The notes: generated by a model from the letters alone, not told the origin. 54,094 nucleotides of DNA from an uncultured archaeon (GCA_902386385.1 CABMIU010000025.1:1-54094); one strand, 5' to 3'; positions 1 through 9,534 are shown, numbered from the stretch's first letter. Made by a program: numbers and translations.

Positions 1-627
1 AATGCCAATGGTGTTTTACTTGTCGCTATTACCTCAAGGGCAGGCGTGCCAAAAATTAAAACTGAAACCGAGGAAACTATGAAAAAGCTCGGAATTGACC
101 CGAAACTTTTCGCAGGCATAAAATACTGGCTATTAAGGCTAAAGCTGGAAATCTACACAGTTCCTGATTCCACAAACCTGATTCGCAGCATGAAAAGGGA
201 TTTCAGAGTTTCTGACGAGGAGCTCACACGGTTTTTCAAGTCACTAAAGGCAGAGCCTGCGGAAATCAGGAGGGAATTATTTCCCGCAGTCGTAAAAGCA
301 TTCCAGATACACGAAGTTATGAAAGCACGCGGAATAACCGCGAAAAATGCGATTATGGTTGGTGACAACCCGCTGATTGACCTAGCTGCAGCGAGGCTGC
401 TCGGAATACAGCACGCATCCGCGAATTTTGACAAGTACAGTTTCCGTCCTTTCGAAAATACAATTGGGGCAAAAAGGCGGATTTCACTGGGTGATGCATC
501 GAAAGCCAGCCGAAAAAGGCAGTTGCAAACAACCGTGGCAAAAAAAACGGGCATTCATAGAAGCCCACAGGACCTCGGAATAAGGTGGCATAGGCAAAAA
601 GCAATAAAGGCTTTTTTAAGGCGGTAA
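1..627 (+). CDS. HAD-superfamily hydrolase, 5'-truncated by the window edge
   Basis: Frame 1 is open from nt 1. It contains GVLLVAITSRAG (HAD motif II-like) and AIMVGDNPLIDLAAARLLG (the GDxxxD motif). The stop is TAA at 625-627. The last ~60 aa are basic and low-complexity, which is atypical for the family. Confidence 0.6.
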   Translation, partial: NANGVLLVAITSRAGVPKIKTETEETMKKLGIDPKLFAGIKYWLLRLKLEIYTVPDSTNLIRSMKRDFRVSDEELTRFFKSLKAEPAEIRRELFPAVVKAFQIHEVMKARGITAKNAIMVGDNPLIDLAAARLLGIQHASANFDKYSFRPFENTIGAKRRISLGDASKASRKRQLQTTVAKKTGIHRSPQDLGIRWHRQKAIKAFLRR

Positions 628-628
628 T

Positions 629-1195
629 TCACATATCCATTCCGAGCAGCATTTTGTGCATAAAAAAATTCTTCTCTGTTTCCGGGTGGAATGTTCCAAC
701 GAGGACATTTCCTTCGCACACAAGCACAGGATGCCCCTCGAATTCCGCCAGAACTTCCACTTCCTTGCCGATTTTTCTTATAACCGGCGCCCTGATGAAA
801 ATGCCATTCAGCCTGCCATGGCCCTTCACATCAAGCCCTGTCTCGAACGAGTCAACCTGCCGCCCGTATGCGTTGCGCCCGATTTCGATGTCAATCAGCC
901 CAAGAGGCCTGAACCTTTTCTCGCCTGCAACCTTTTTCGCGGCGAGGATTGCCCCCGCACAGGTTCCGTAGAAAGGCATCCCTTTTGAAACGCGCTTTTT
1001 TATTTCCTTTGCGAGGCCGGAGGTTTCCAGCAGCTTTGCAATTGTAGTGCTCTCCCCGCCAGGGATTATCAGGCAGGTGCACTTCTGCAAATCCGCAATT
1101 GAGCGCACCTCTATTGCGGGAATGAATTTTTCCTTCAGCAGGGCAAGGTGCTCCCTGAAATCGCCCTGCAGTGCGAGCACGCCTACAAGAACCAT
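629..1195 (-). CDS. pdxT: Pyridoxal 5'-phosphate synthase glutaminase subunit PdxT
   Basis: 188 aa with MVLVGVLALQGDFREH.. and ..FYGTCAGAIL.. (class I glutamine amidotransferase Cys). It lies downstream of pdxS on the same strand. Stop is TGA. Confidence 0.9.
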   Translation of the reverse strand: MVLVGVLALQGDFREHLALLKEKFIPAIEVRSIADLQKCTCLIIPGGESTTIAKLLETSGLAKEIKKRVSKGMPFYGTCAGAILAAKKVAGEKRFRPLGLIDIEIGRNAYGRQVDSFETGLDVKGHGRLNGIFIRAPVIRKIGKEVEVLAEFEGHPVLVCEGNVLVGTFHPETEKNFFMHKMLLGMDM

Positions 1196-1358
1196 GCAAC
1201 CGAACTCTCCATTTGCTAATTTTCACTCAAGCGACCTGCGCCGCTCCGTAGCACCCCGTGAAAACGCAGGGGGCAGTATTGTGGTGGAATAAACAAGCTT
1301 TGCCCTTTTGGCGACAGGGGCTTTTGCCCTGCCATGGGTTTTCTTTTTTTCCTGCAAT

Positions 1359-2255
1359 TCACCAGCCCCTTTCCTGCATCCTAGTTTCAAGCTTTGAAAT
1401 CTCGATGCCCTGCATCGCTTCCCCAATGCCGGTGGAGACCTTGACAAGGAGCTTCGGGTCGCTGTAATGGCTCGTCGCCTCGACAATAGCGCGGGCGAAT
1501 TTTCCGGGGCTATTGGACTTGAAAATGCCGGAGCCGACAAATATGCCGTCAACCCCGAGCTGCATCATCAGTGCCGCATCAGCAGGAGTGGCAATCCCCC
1601 CGGCTGCAAAATTCACGACAGGAAGCCTCCCGAGGCTTATTGTTTTCTTGACCAAATCAAGCGGCACCCTGAATTTCGAGGCGGCTGCATCGAGCCGGTC
1701 GAGATGGGCGAATTTCAGGTCATCAATCTGCTGGTTCACTGTACGCACATGCCTCACTGCCTATATCACGTTGCCTGTCCCGGCCTCCCCTTTTGTCCTT
1801 ATCATCGCTGCGCCTTCATTAATCCTGCGCAAGGCTTCCCCCAAATCCCTGCAGCCGCACACGAAAGGAACCGAAAACTTCCGTTTGTCAACGTGGAACT
1901 GCGCATCCGCGGGAGTGAGGACCTCGCTTTCATCTATGAAGTCAACGCCCATCTCCTGCAGGAGCTGCGCCTCGGCAAAATGCCCAATCCTGCATTTTGC
2001 CATCACCGGAACGGAAACGGCTTTCATTATTTCCCTTATTTTCCCGGGGTCAGCCATGCGTGCGACGCCCCCGGCTGCGCGGATGTCCGCCGGGACCCTC
2101 TCAAGGGCCATCACCGCGCATGCGCCGGCCTTCTCCGCTATTTTAGCCTGCTTTGCATTAATGACATCCATTATTACGCCGCCCTTGAGCATTTCCGCAA
2201 AGCCCTCCTTGAGCCTGAAGGTTCCCTTCAATGCCTTTTTCCCCGAAACAGCCAT
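1359..2255 (-). pseudogene. pdxS: Pyridoxal 5'-phosphate synthase lyase subunit PdxS, interrupted by one in-frame TAG (1761-1763)
   Basis: Two same-frame ORFs (1761..2279 and 1359..1757) together give a full-length PdxS, with motifs ..KGGVIMDV.., ..[19 protein letters not shown].. and ..[20 protein letters not shown]... The probable start is the ATG at 2255 ([11 protein letters not shown]..). Confidence 0.85.
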
Positions 2256-2370
2256 AAAAACCACTCGCCGACAAAGCAAAAAAATGCAATTTCCAGTAAA
2301 ACTATTGCTCCAATTAGTAATTAAAAGGTTATTAAAGGAAACCTCCCACCTACTTGTAAAAAATAAATTT

Positions 2371-2919
2371 TTATAGCATGCCCCCGATAAGCAGAATAAT
2401 GAAAATTCCCGCGGTATTCAGGACATAGGAAATCATGGCAAAGCGCCCAATCGAAATGTTTCTTGATGCCGCTAGAAGGGAAACCCCGATTTCGTCCGGA
2501 AGCGGCGAGGCAATTATAATGCCTGCAAAAACCGGCACCAGGTATTTTTTCAGCAGGCCTGGCGTGCAGCGGTTTATGCCAGACATTATCCTTTCCCTGG
2601 AAAATTCCTCGATTTCGTCAGCAAATGAGTAGCGTATGAACCTGAATATTAGATAGTCACTCACCAAGGCCCCAAAACCCCCCAGAAAACCGGCAAGGAA
2701 AATGTTCTGCCCTTTTGCAAGCATAAGCAAAGCGGCAGTTGCAGGCCCGGCGGTGAAGCCATAAGCGAAAAATGCGCCGGCAATGAACGTGCCCGCATAG
2801 CCGGACGACAGGACATAAGCCCTGAACGGGGCAAAGACGCTTCCAGAAAAAAGAAGGTAAGAAAGCGAAAATGTCAGCAGCAGCAAAAGCAGCTTCGGGT
2901 ACTTGATAAGCACAGCCAT
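2371..2919 (-). CDS. Integral membrane protein, function unknown
   Basis: 182 aa counted from the internal ATG at 2919 ([17 protein letters not shown]..), with several hydrophobic helices. The upstream part of the 267-aa ORF does not look protein-like. Confidence 0.5.
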   Translation of the reverse strand: MAVLIKYPKLLLLLLTFSLSYLLFSGSVFAPFRAYVLSSGYAGTFIAGAFFAYGFTAGPATAALLMLAKGQNIFLAGFLGGFGALVSDYLIFRFIRYSFADEIEEFSRERIMSGINRCTPGLLKKYLVPVFAGIIIASPLPDEIGVSLLAASRNISIGRFAMISYVLNTAGIFIILLIGGML

Positions 2920-3263
2920 AACCAATGTAAAATAAGATTTCAGAAAATATAAATGCAAAGGTTTAGCCTTGAACCGGGACAGGCTCAACACGCACAAAAA
3001 AATCCAGCGATTTGAACAAAGGACTGGCCAGGGTTGCAATGCAATGTCTGAACATTGACATGGAACGCGTGATGCCCCCTCATGCTTTTTATGGCCAATG
3101 TAAGCCAAATCAACCATATTTTGACATGCCCTCGCCAGTTGCCGGCGCGCTGCGGGATAAACACAGGGCAGCAATCTCTTTCAAAATGCCATTTTTTTCA
3201 TTTTGGGGACTTTCCGTAGGATTATATATTTTTCTTCCTCTATTGAAGCAGGAGGGCTGCAAA

Positions 3264-3485
3264 ATGGGTTTAGGTGAAGCGGTACAAATAGGCACTATGC
3301 TGACAGTGACAGCGATTTCTTCGGTATTATTGATTGTTCTTGGCGTAATTTACTTTGCAGTAAGCCTCGTGATAATAAAGGTTTCCGCGGGGCTGGTGGG
3401 ATACTCGGCGGTTTCGGCAGAAACCGCGGTCCTGAGCGCCGCTATATTGAGCGCTGCCTCGCTTGTGGCAAGCAACAGGAAATGA
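3264..3485 (+). CDS. Small (73 aa) two-helix membrane protein, hypothetical
   Basis: The ATG at 3264 is preceded by GGAGGG (3251-3256). The product (MGLGEAVQIGTMLTVTAISSVLLIVLGVIYFAV..) is hydrophobic. Its 3' end overlaps the convergent gpgP-like gene by 44 nt. Confidence 0.35.
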   Translation: MGLGEAVQIGTMLTVTAISSVLLIVLGVIYFAVSLVIIKVSAGLVGYSAVSAETAVLSAAILSAASLVASNRK

Positions 3486-4278
3486 TGGCATCATCCGGGC
3501 CGGCCAGAATGCCTGCAATTATTTCAATCCATCCTTTCTGACCCTTTGCCTTGGCCTTTTTGAATTTTTTCGATGCATACCCCCCGTCCGGTTTCCTCAC
3601 CAAGTAAGCGTCGTCTGCCGCGGCCAGCATTGCAATGTCGTTCTCGCTGTCGCCTATTGCAATTGAGTTGATTTGCCCGAACTCCTTTTTGTAAAGGTAT
3701 GCCAGTTTTTTAACGGCCTTGCCCTTGTCGTGGCCGATGCAAAGGTGGCAAAAACCCCCCCCCATCAAAAAAATAAGCCCTTTTTTCCTGGCAATTTTTG
3801 CAAGTTCTTTTGCACTTCCAGAATGGAGCAGGAAGCATTCGTCAAATTCCCTTTTCTTTGCCTTTGCTGCAAGTGCCCTGCCCATGCCGGTTAGCTCCAT
3901 TGCCCTCTGCAGGCCCATTTCCGAAAGCGATTCAGTTTCAAAGCCTTTTTTTCGCATTTCCGCGAGGAATTTTCTTGGCTTGGAAACCCCCTTTGACAAT
4001 TTTATTTCAAGCAACCTGCCGGCAGAAACAGCCCCGCTGGCCTTGAAGCTGAAATATTTTTTCGGGATGAAAATCGCGGCACCGTTCTCGCTGATGAATG
4101 GGCCATGCAGCCCCAGCTTTCTCTGCCAGTATTCAAGCTCGGCCCTTGTTTTGCTGGAAACCGGGACAACCGGGATTTTTTTATTTCTGAGCATCGCCAG
4201 CGAAGCCTTTGCGCCATCTGAAGGACCCTGGCCATTTTCAAGCAGGGTTCCGTCAAGGTCTGTGAATACCACCTTCAT
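3442..4278 (-). CDS. gpgP: HAD-IIB glucosyl/mannosyl-3-phosphoglycerate phosphatase family protein
   Basis: MKVVFTDLDGTLL.. (DxDGT nucleophile motif), ..VVPVSSKT.. and ..IAIGDSENDIAML... The start overlaps the stop of the upstream GT81 synthase gene (ATGA). Stop is TAG. Confidence 0.75.
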   Translation of the reverse strand: MKVVFTDLDGTLLENGQGPSDGAKASLAMLRNKKIPVVPVSSKTRAELEYWQRKLGLHGPFISENGAAIFIPKKYFSFKASGAVSAGRLLEIKLSKGVSKPRKFLAEMRKKGFETESLSEMGLQRAMELTGMGRALAAKAKKREFDECFLLHSGSAKELAKIARKKGLIFLMGGGFCHLCIGHDKGKAVKKLAYLYKKEFGQINSIAIGDSENDIAMLAAADDAYLVRKPDGGYASKKFKKAKAKGQKGWIEIIAGILAGPDDAIISCCLPQARQRSI

Positions 4279-5273
4279 TTTGACGCCTCTTGCCAGCCCA
4301 TGAATTTTTCGCGGTACTCTTTTATTGTAACCATCGGCGGCCTGTGCTTGATCAGGAATAGCTTCTTTGCCAATGCGTATTCTATTTTCTCACCGCTCAA
4401 TTTTGGCTCGATGAGGGTGTACATCTGGTTGATTTTATCGAGATTCACGAAAACGCCGAGGGAATTGGATTTTTCGGAAAAAGCCTGGAGGATTTCAAAC
4501 GACATTTTGCTCAGGTCATTCAATGGCCTGTTCCTGTGTTCCCTTGTCTCAAGGTCGACCTGTGCCATGGAGTCCAGGCCAAAACTCCTTTCAAGGTCAA
4601 TAAGCAGCCCCATTTCAACGCCATAGCCAGTGAAGAAAGGGACTTTTTCAAGGACTTCGCGGGTGCCGGCATATTCCCCGCTCAGAGGCTGTATGAATCC
4701 CGCGAGCTGCGGGAAATAGGCGTTGTAAAGCGGCCTCATAAGAAGTTCTGTGACCCTGCCGCCTTCGAGGTTTTTCAGGCCACCCCCCACATCAAGCGGC
4801 CGCTGGTAAAAAGCCTTTGAAAAATTAATGTTTCTGTACTTTAGAATCGGGCCTACAAGGCCATAAACGAATTTCGGGTTTATGTTCTTTATGTCTGCAT
4901 CAACCCAGCAGATTATGTCCCCTGCCGAGACAAAAAGGCTTTTCCAGAGGTTCTCCCCCTTCCCTTTCGCATATCCTTCGCCCGGCAATATATCCTTGGC
5001 GTAATAAAAAAGCGCACCGGCTTCCTCCGCAACCTTTTTCGTGTTGTCTCTTGACCCGGAATCTATTACAATTATCTCGTCAATCAGCCTTGTTTTTTTC
5101 ATTAGCGTATCCCTGAGCTCACGGATGACATTGCCAACAGTGACCTCTTCATTAAGCGTCGGGATTACGCACGAGATTCTCTTTTTTTGCTTTTTCTTTA
5201 TGTCCACGAGCTCATCCAGCGAAAAATCCGTTGCAATGAACCGGTTCTTTTCAAACCACTTTTCAACATCCAT
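4275..5273 (-). CDS. gpgS: Glucosyl-3-phosphoglycerate synthase (GT81 glycosyltransferase)
   Basis: 332 aa with ..ISCVIPTLNEE.., ..IIVIDSGSRDNT.., ..GKGENLWKSL.. and ..ICWVDADI... This resembles the GpgS/MpgS family, and the gene is coupled to a HAD-IIB phosphatase gene. Confidence 0.8.
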   Translation of the reverse strand: MDVEKWFEKNRFIATDFSLDELVDIKKKQKKRISCVIPTLNEEVTVGNVIRELRDTLMKKTRLIDEIIVIDSGSRDNTKKVAEEAGALFYYAKDILPGEGYAKGKGENLWKSLFVSAGDIICWVDADIKNINPKFVYGLVGPILKYRNINFSKAFYQRPLDVGGGLKNLEGGRVTELLMRPLYNAYFPQLAGFIQPLSGEYAGTREVLEKVPFFTGYGVEMGLLIDLERSFGLDSMAQVDLETREHRNRPLNDLSKMSFEILQAFSEKSNSLGVFVNLDKINQMYTLIEPKLSGEKIEYALAKKLFLIKHRPPMVTIKEYREKFMGWQEASK

Positions 5274-5445
5274 GCCAAAAAAAGAAACAGACCAATCATT
5301 AAAAACATTTATTTTTTGCTGAAAAACTGGTTTTTACGCCGATTGTCCAGCATTAAGTAATGCCTGCATTTTGGCCGGAACAACTCTCGCTATGGCCAAA
5401 CAGGCAGGGTTCGGCATTTGCCCCAATTGTTAATTAAAGGCTATT

Positions 5446-6285
5446 GTGGAAAAGTCTGTAATGCTGACGCAGGAAATCGAGGAAAGGCTCATGGACTACC
5501 TGAAAGAGGATTTCGGGACAGGCGACATCACCTCCGCAATTACCCCTTCAAGGGAATGCCTCGCGTCGATAAATGTAAACGAACCATGCACGCTCGCGGG
5601 AATGGAGGAAGTCTCATTCCTGATGCGCTACATGGGCCTGAAAGTGAAACCCCTGAAGGCTGACGGCGAGGCAGTGAAAAAAAGGGAAAAAGTGCTGGAA
5701 GCTTACGGCGAAAGCAGGAAAATCCTTTCAGCCGAGCGCGTCTGCCTAAACATACTCGGCAGGATGAGCGGCGTTGCATCAATGTGCGCCAAGGCGAGAA
5801 AAATCTGCGTGAAAGAAACAATCGCCTTGACGCGCAAAACAGTCCCCGGCTTCCAGCTGCTGGATAAGAAAGCCGGCCAGGCAGCAGGGGCATGGACACA
5901 CAGGAAAAATCTCGCGGAAATGATGCTGCTCAAGGACAACCACCTGAGATTCTTCGCCGGTTCCATTGAGGCGGCAAAAACCGCAAAGGCCTCAGGAAAG
6001 ATGTTCGAAATAGAGGCAGAGAACGCTGAGGACGCCCTCGCGGTTTTGCAGGCAAATCCTGACATGATAATGCTGGACAACTTCAATCCACAGGATGCGA
6101 AGAAGACAATCTCAAAACTCAGGAAAGCCGGGTTCCATGGAAAGATTGAACTCTCGGGCGGAATTACCTTAAAAAACCTGAAAACATATTGCAATATGGG
6201 CGCTGACATAATTTCGATGGGCGAGCTGACGAAAAAGGCGAGAATTGTTGATTTCAGCCTCGACATCACAGATATTAAGGCTTAA
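5446..6285 (+). CDS. nadC: Nicotinate-nucleotide pyrophosphorylase (quinolinate phosphoribosyltransferase)
   Basis: 279 aa with ..DFGTGDITS.., ..ERVCLNILGRMSGVA.., ..LKDNH.. and ..IMLDNF... The start may instead be the ATG five codons downstream. Confidence 0.9.
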   Translation: MEKSVMLTQEIEERLMDYLKEDFGTGDITSAITPSRECLASINVNEPCTLAGMEEVSFLMRYMGLKVKPLKADGEAVKKREKVLEAYGESRKILSAERVCLNILGRMSGVASMCAKARKICVKETIALTRKTVPGFQLLDKKAGQAAGAWTHRKNLAEMMLLKDNHLRFFAGSIEAAKTAKASGKMFEIEAENAEDALAVLQANPDMIMLDNFNPQDAKKTISKLRKAGFHGKIELSGGITLKNLKTYCNMGADIISMGELTKKARIVDFSLDITDIKA

Positions 6286-6315
6286 ACAACAATTAATTCC
6301 AAAAAGGGCGATGTC

Positions 6316-6834
6316 TTGAAACGGGGACTTTTTGTAGGGCGATTCCAGCCGTACCACAGCGGCCACCACAACGCGCTGAAGAACGCGCTGAAAGAAGTAG
6401 ATGAAATGGTTATCGTCGTCGGCTCGGCGAAGGAAAGCTTCCAGCTCGAAAACCCATTCACTTCAGGGGAGCGCATTGAAATGACAGGCCTCGCGCTGAA
6501 GGAGGACAAAATATTCGACAAATGCTATATTGTAGCGGTTGATGATATTTCAGAATTCGCCCTGTGGACGCAGCGCATAAGAGCCTATTGCCCTAAGTTC
6601 GACGTTGTTTACACTAACAACCCCCTTGTGAAGGAACTCTTCGAGGCAGACCATTGCCCTGTGAAAAAACTCGTGAGCAACAGCAGCGAAATCGATTCCA
6701 CAAGGATAAGGGAAAACATCGCAATCGGGGAAAGCATCTCAGGGATGGTGCCGAAAGCCGTTGAGAAGTTCCTCGAAAAGATAGACGCGCGGAAAAGGAT
6801 ACTTTCTATAACGCAGGACGAAGTCAAGCAGTAA
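6316..6834 (+). CDS. nadM: Nicotinamide-nucleotide adenylyltransferase, archaeal type
   Basis: 172 aa beginning MKRGLFVGRFQPYHSGHHNAL.. (the (H/T)xGH nucleotidyltransferase motif). TTG start. Confidence 0.85.
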   Translation: MKRGLFVGRFQPYHSGHHNALKNALKEVDEMVIVVGSAKESFQLENPFTSGERIEMTGLALKEDKIFDKCYIVAVDDISEFALWTQRIRAYCPKFDVVYTNNPLVKELFEADHCPVKKLVSNSSEIDSTRIRENIAIGESISGMVPKAVEKFLEKIDARKRILSITQDEVKQ

Positions 6835-6837
6835 AAC

Positions 6838-6941
6838 AACCTTTTCCTTTCTATTTAGAAGAGAAAGTAAAAGGTCCTTGTCCCTTTAGGGACGAGGTCT
6901 CATGCTCTTTAGGGCACAAGATAATCAAAAGGAAAGAGAAC
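6838..6941 (+). repeat. Structured intergenic element, copy A (pyrimidine tract, purine tract, two hairpins, second purine tract)
   Basis: CCTTTTCCTTTCT (6840-6852) pairs with GAAAGTAAAAGG (to 6874). A hairpin CCTTGTCCC-TTTA-GGGACGAGG spans 6876-6897, and a weaker hairpin with a TTTA loop spans 6898-6921. The element ends in AAAAGGAAAGAGAAC. It is related to 31247-31348. Confidence 0.6.
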
Positions 6942-6953
6942 AGCTTCGTAAAA

Positions 6954-8414
6954 ATGAAGATTATGCCAGAAAAATTTGATTTGATTGTAGTTGGCTCCGG
7001 GATTGCAGGCCTCAGCGCCGCCTTGGAGGCTGCAAAATCAAAGGGAAAATCCATCTGCCTCATTGACCGGTTCGATGAATCGCACTCTAACAGCTTCTGT
7101 GCACAGGGCGGAATTGCGTGCGCATTCGCTAAAAATGATTCATGGCAGAAGCATGCACAGGATACATTGGCGGCCGGAGCGGGCTTGTGCAACAATGAAA
7201 TAGTGAATCTTGTCACAAAAAAAGGGCCTGAGGCGATAAAAGAACTCATGGATTCGGGGCTTGAATTTGACGGCGGGAACGCGAAGCCCGAATTCGGGCT
7301 GGAAGGCGGTCACTCGGAGAAAAGGGTGCTGCACATCAAAGGCGACCAGACAGGGAAAGAGGTTACAAAATTCATGGCAAGGCTCGCAAAAGAACAAGGA
7401 AATATCCAAATCATCGGCAAGGCATTCATGGCAGGCATAGCGGCAGGCAACAATGGGTTTATTGGAATTGAGGCAATAGGCAAAGCCGATGCCATTTCAG
7501 GGAACGCTCTCGTAATTGCCACAGGCGGCTACGCAGCGTGCTTTGAAAAATCAACCAACCCTGAAACAACACTCGGAAGCGGGATTGCTGTTGCAGAGCA
7601 GGCCGGGTGCATCCTCGGGGGAATGGAATTCGTGCAGTTCCACCCCACAACCCTGCAATCAGCAATAGGCTCAAACTTTCTGGTGAGCGAGGCAGTGCGC
7701 GGCGAAGGCGGGAAAATAGTGGACGGAAACAACAGGGCGATAGTGAACCCACTGTGGACAAGGGACAAGGTAAGCATCGCCATTTATGAAGAGCTTGCGG
7801 CTGGAGGAAAAGTTTTTTTGGACGCCCGTGAGGTCAGGGCAGATTTTGCTGAACGGTTCCCTTCAATTTACGCAGAGCTGCTGAGGCACAAAATCAACCC
7901 TGAAACCGACCTGATACCCATTGAAGCCGCGGCACATTACACGATAGGAGGCATAAAAACCAATGAAAGGGCAATGGCAAGCATAAAGGGAATTTATGCC
8001 GCGGGAGAATGCTCCTGCTCCGGGCTGCACGGCGCGAACAGGCTTGCATCCAATTCGCTGCTAGAAGGCCTCGTGATGGGGAAGATTGCAGGGGCGAATG
8101 CCATTAGTGAAAAATCCGGCAAGCAAAGCCCCACAAAGCCAAATCTAAAAATTTCGCCTGAGAAGGGCGGCTTGTCCCAGGCAATTGCCCTGAAGCAGAT
8201 GAGGCAAGCAATGTGGGCAAATTGCGGAATCGTGCGCGAAACCGCAAAAATGGAAAGCGGACTCGCGAAAATAAAAATGCTTGAAAAAGAAATCGAAGTT
8301 TCTGAAACAATTGAAAATGCCGTTGCGCGGAACGCCTTGCTGGTTTCGCGAAGGACTTTTGAGGCGGCACTTGCAAGAAAAGGGAGCGTGGGATGCCATT
8401 GCAGGATAAACTAA
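6954..8414 (+). CDS. nadB: L-aspartate oxidase
   Basis: 486 aa with DLIVVGSGIAGLSAAL (FAD dinucleotide fold), ..HSNSFCAQGGIA.. and ..GLHGANRLASNSLLEG... Confidence 0.9.
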   Translation: MKIMPEKFDLIVVGSGIAGLSAALEAAKSKGKSICLIDRFDESHSNSFCAQGGIACAFAKNDSWQKHAQDTLAAGAGLCNNEIVNLVTKKGPEAIKELMDSGLEFDGGNAKPEFGLEGGHSEKRVLHIKGDQTGKEVTKFMARLAKEQGNIQIIGKAFMAGIAAGNNGFIGIEAIGKADAISGNALVIATGGYAACFEKSTNPETTLGSGIAVAEQAGCILGGMEFVQFHPTTLQSAIGSNFLVSEAVRGEGGKIVDGNNRAIVNPLWTRDKVSIAIYEELAAGGKVFLDAREVRADFAERFPSIYAELLRHKINPETDLIPIEAAAHYTIGGIKTNERAMASIKGIYAAGECSCSGLHGANRLASNSLLEGLVMGKIAGANAISEKSGKQSPTKPNLKISPEKGGLSQAIALKQMRQAMWANCGIVRETAKMESGLAKIKMLEKEIEVSETIENAVARNALLVSRRTFEAALARKGSVGCHCRIN

Positions 8415-8430
8415 AGTGAATTGGGATAAT

Positions 8431-9303
8431 TCACTTCCCTATTTCTATCATCCTGTCCAATGCCTTTTTCGCCTTTTCGCGGACATTCTCAGGCACCTTG
8501 ACCTCAAACATTTCCTTCTCAAGCGCCTCGAGCACATTCTCGAGCGTTATTTTCTTCATGTAGGGGCAGATGCTGCACGGCGTTATGAATTCCTTGTCAG
8601 GGAACCTCTCGCGCAGCAGGTCGGACATCCCGCATTCGGTCGCGATGAGGAAGCGCTTTTCCTTGCTCGCCGCGATGTAATTAATCATGTCAGTTGTTCC
8701 GCCCGCCATGTCCGCAAGCGAAACAACCTCGGGAAGGCACTCCGTATGAGCAAGCACTTTCAAGCCGGGATATGAGTGCCTATATTCCAATACCTGTTCC
8801 GCGGAGAATGAGTCGTGCACAATGCATTTCCCGCTCCAAGCGATTATTTTCTTTTTTGCCCTGGCCTGAAGGTTGGCAGCCATGAATTTGTCAGGCACGA
8901 AAATAACCTCGTTGCCGGGCATTGCCTCAATCACTTTGAGGGCATTCGCGCTTGTGCAGCAGACATCACATTCAGCCTTCACTTCCGCACTCGTGTTCAC
9001 ATAGCACACGGCAGGCACGCCAGGATGCTCTGACTTCAGTTGGCGGACATCCTTGGCAGTAATGCTTTCCGCGAGAGAGCAACCGGCCTCAAGGCTGGGA
9101 ATCAAGACTTTTTTCTGCGGATTCAGGATTTTGGCGGTTTCAGCCATGAAATGGACGCCGCAGAACGCGATGACATCGGCATCGGTTTTCCTGGCCTCGA
9201 CGCTGAGGCCGTAGCTGTCCCCCGCAAAGTCAGCTATGCCGAGCAGAATCTCCGGGCGTTGGTAATTGTGGCAGAGAATCACCGCGTTCTTCTGCTTCTT
9301 CAA
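8431..9303 (-). CDS. nadA: Quinolinate synthase
   Basis: 290 aa with ..AVILCHNYQ.., ..FCGVHFMAETAKIL.. and ..CSICPYMK... It is convergent with nadB. Confidence 0.9.
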   Translation of the reverse strand: MKKQKNAVILCHNYQRPEILLGIADFAGDSYGLSVEARKTDADVIAFCGVHFMAETAKILNPQKKVLIPSLEAGCSLAESITAKDVRQLKSEHPGVPAVCYVNTSAEVKAECDVCCTSANALKVIEAMPGNEVIFVPDKFMAANLQARAKKKIIAWSGKCIVHDSFSAEQVLEYRHSYPGLKVLAHTECLPEVVSLADMAGGTTDMINYIAASKEKRFLIATECGMSDLLRERFPDKEFITPCSICPYMKKITLENVLEALEKEMFEVKVPENVREKAKKALDRMIEIGK

Positions 9304-9534
9304 CCAGTTGATTTTAAGGGTGAGCGGGGCAAACTGGAGGCAATCATCTTAAGAATAGCCAATCTTCGACATTTTAGAGTGCAGTCGCCTTGCCTCCACT
9401 GCAATAACATCCTTGCTGCCCTGCCACGCCCCATCGCCTGGTCCGAAGGAGTCGTCCTGGAAAATGCCGCCACTTGCCATAAAAGTGTATTCTGCGGTTC
9501 AGGGTTATAAACGGATTGGGGCAAGAGCAGTAAT

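Noticed and set aside
428-627. A frameshift in the HAD hydrolase, suggested by its odd basic C-terminal tail
   Set aside because: I could not identify an alternative frame that continues a HAD-like C-terminus. Without an alignment this cannot be decided, so it is left as a note on the feature.
1761-1763. Genome-wide reassignment of TAG, or pyrrolysine decoding, as the explanation for the in-frame TAG in pdxS
   Set aside because: TAG terminates metK exactly at the conserved ..AGLK C-terminus (40471-40473). It also ends four other plausible genes (3442, 45197, 48085 and 51397). No pyl genes or tRNA-CUA are visible in the window. A local mutation, an error or read-through is more parsimonious.
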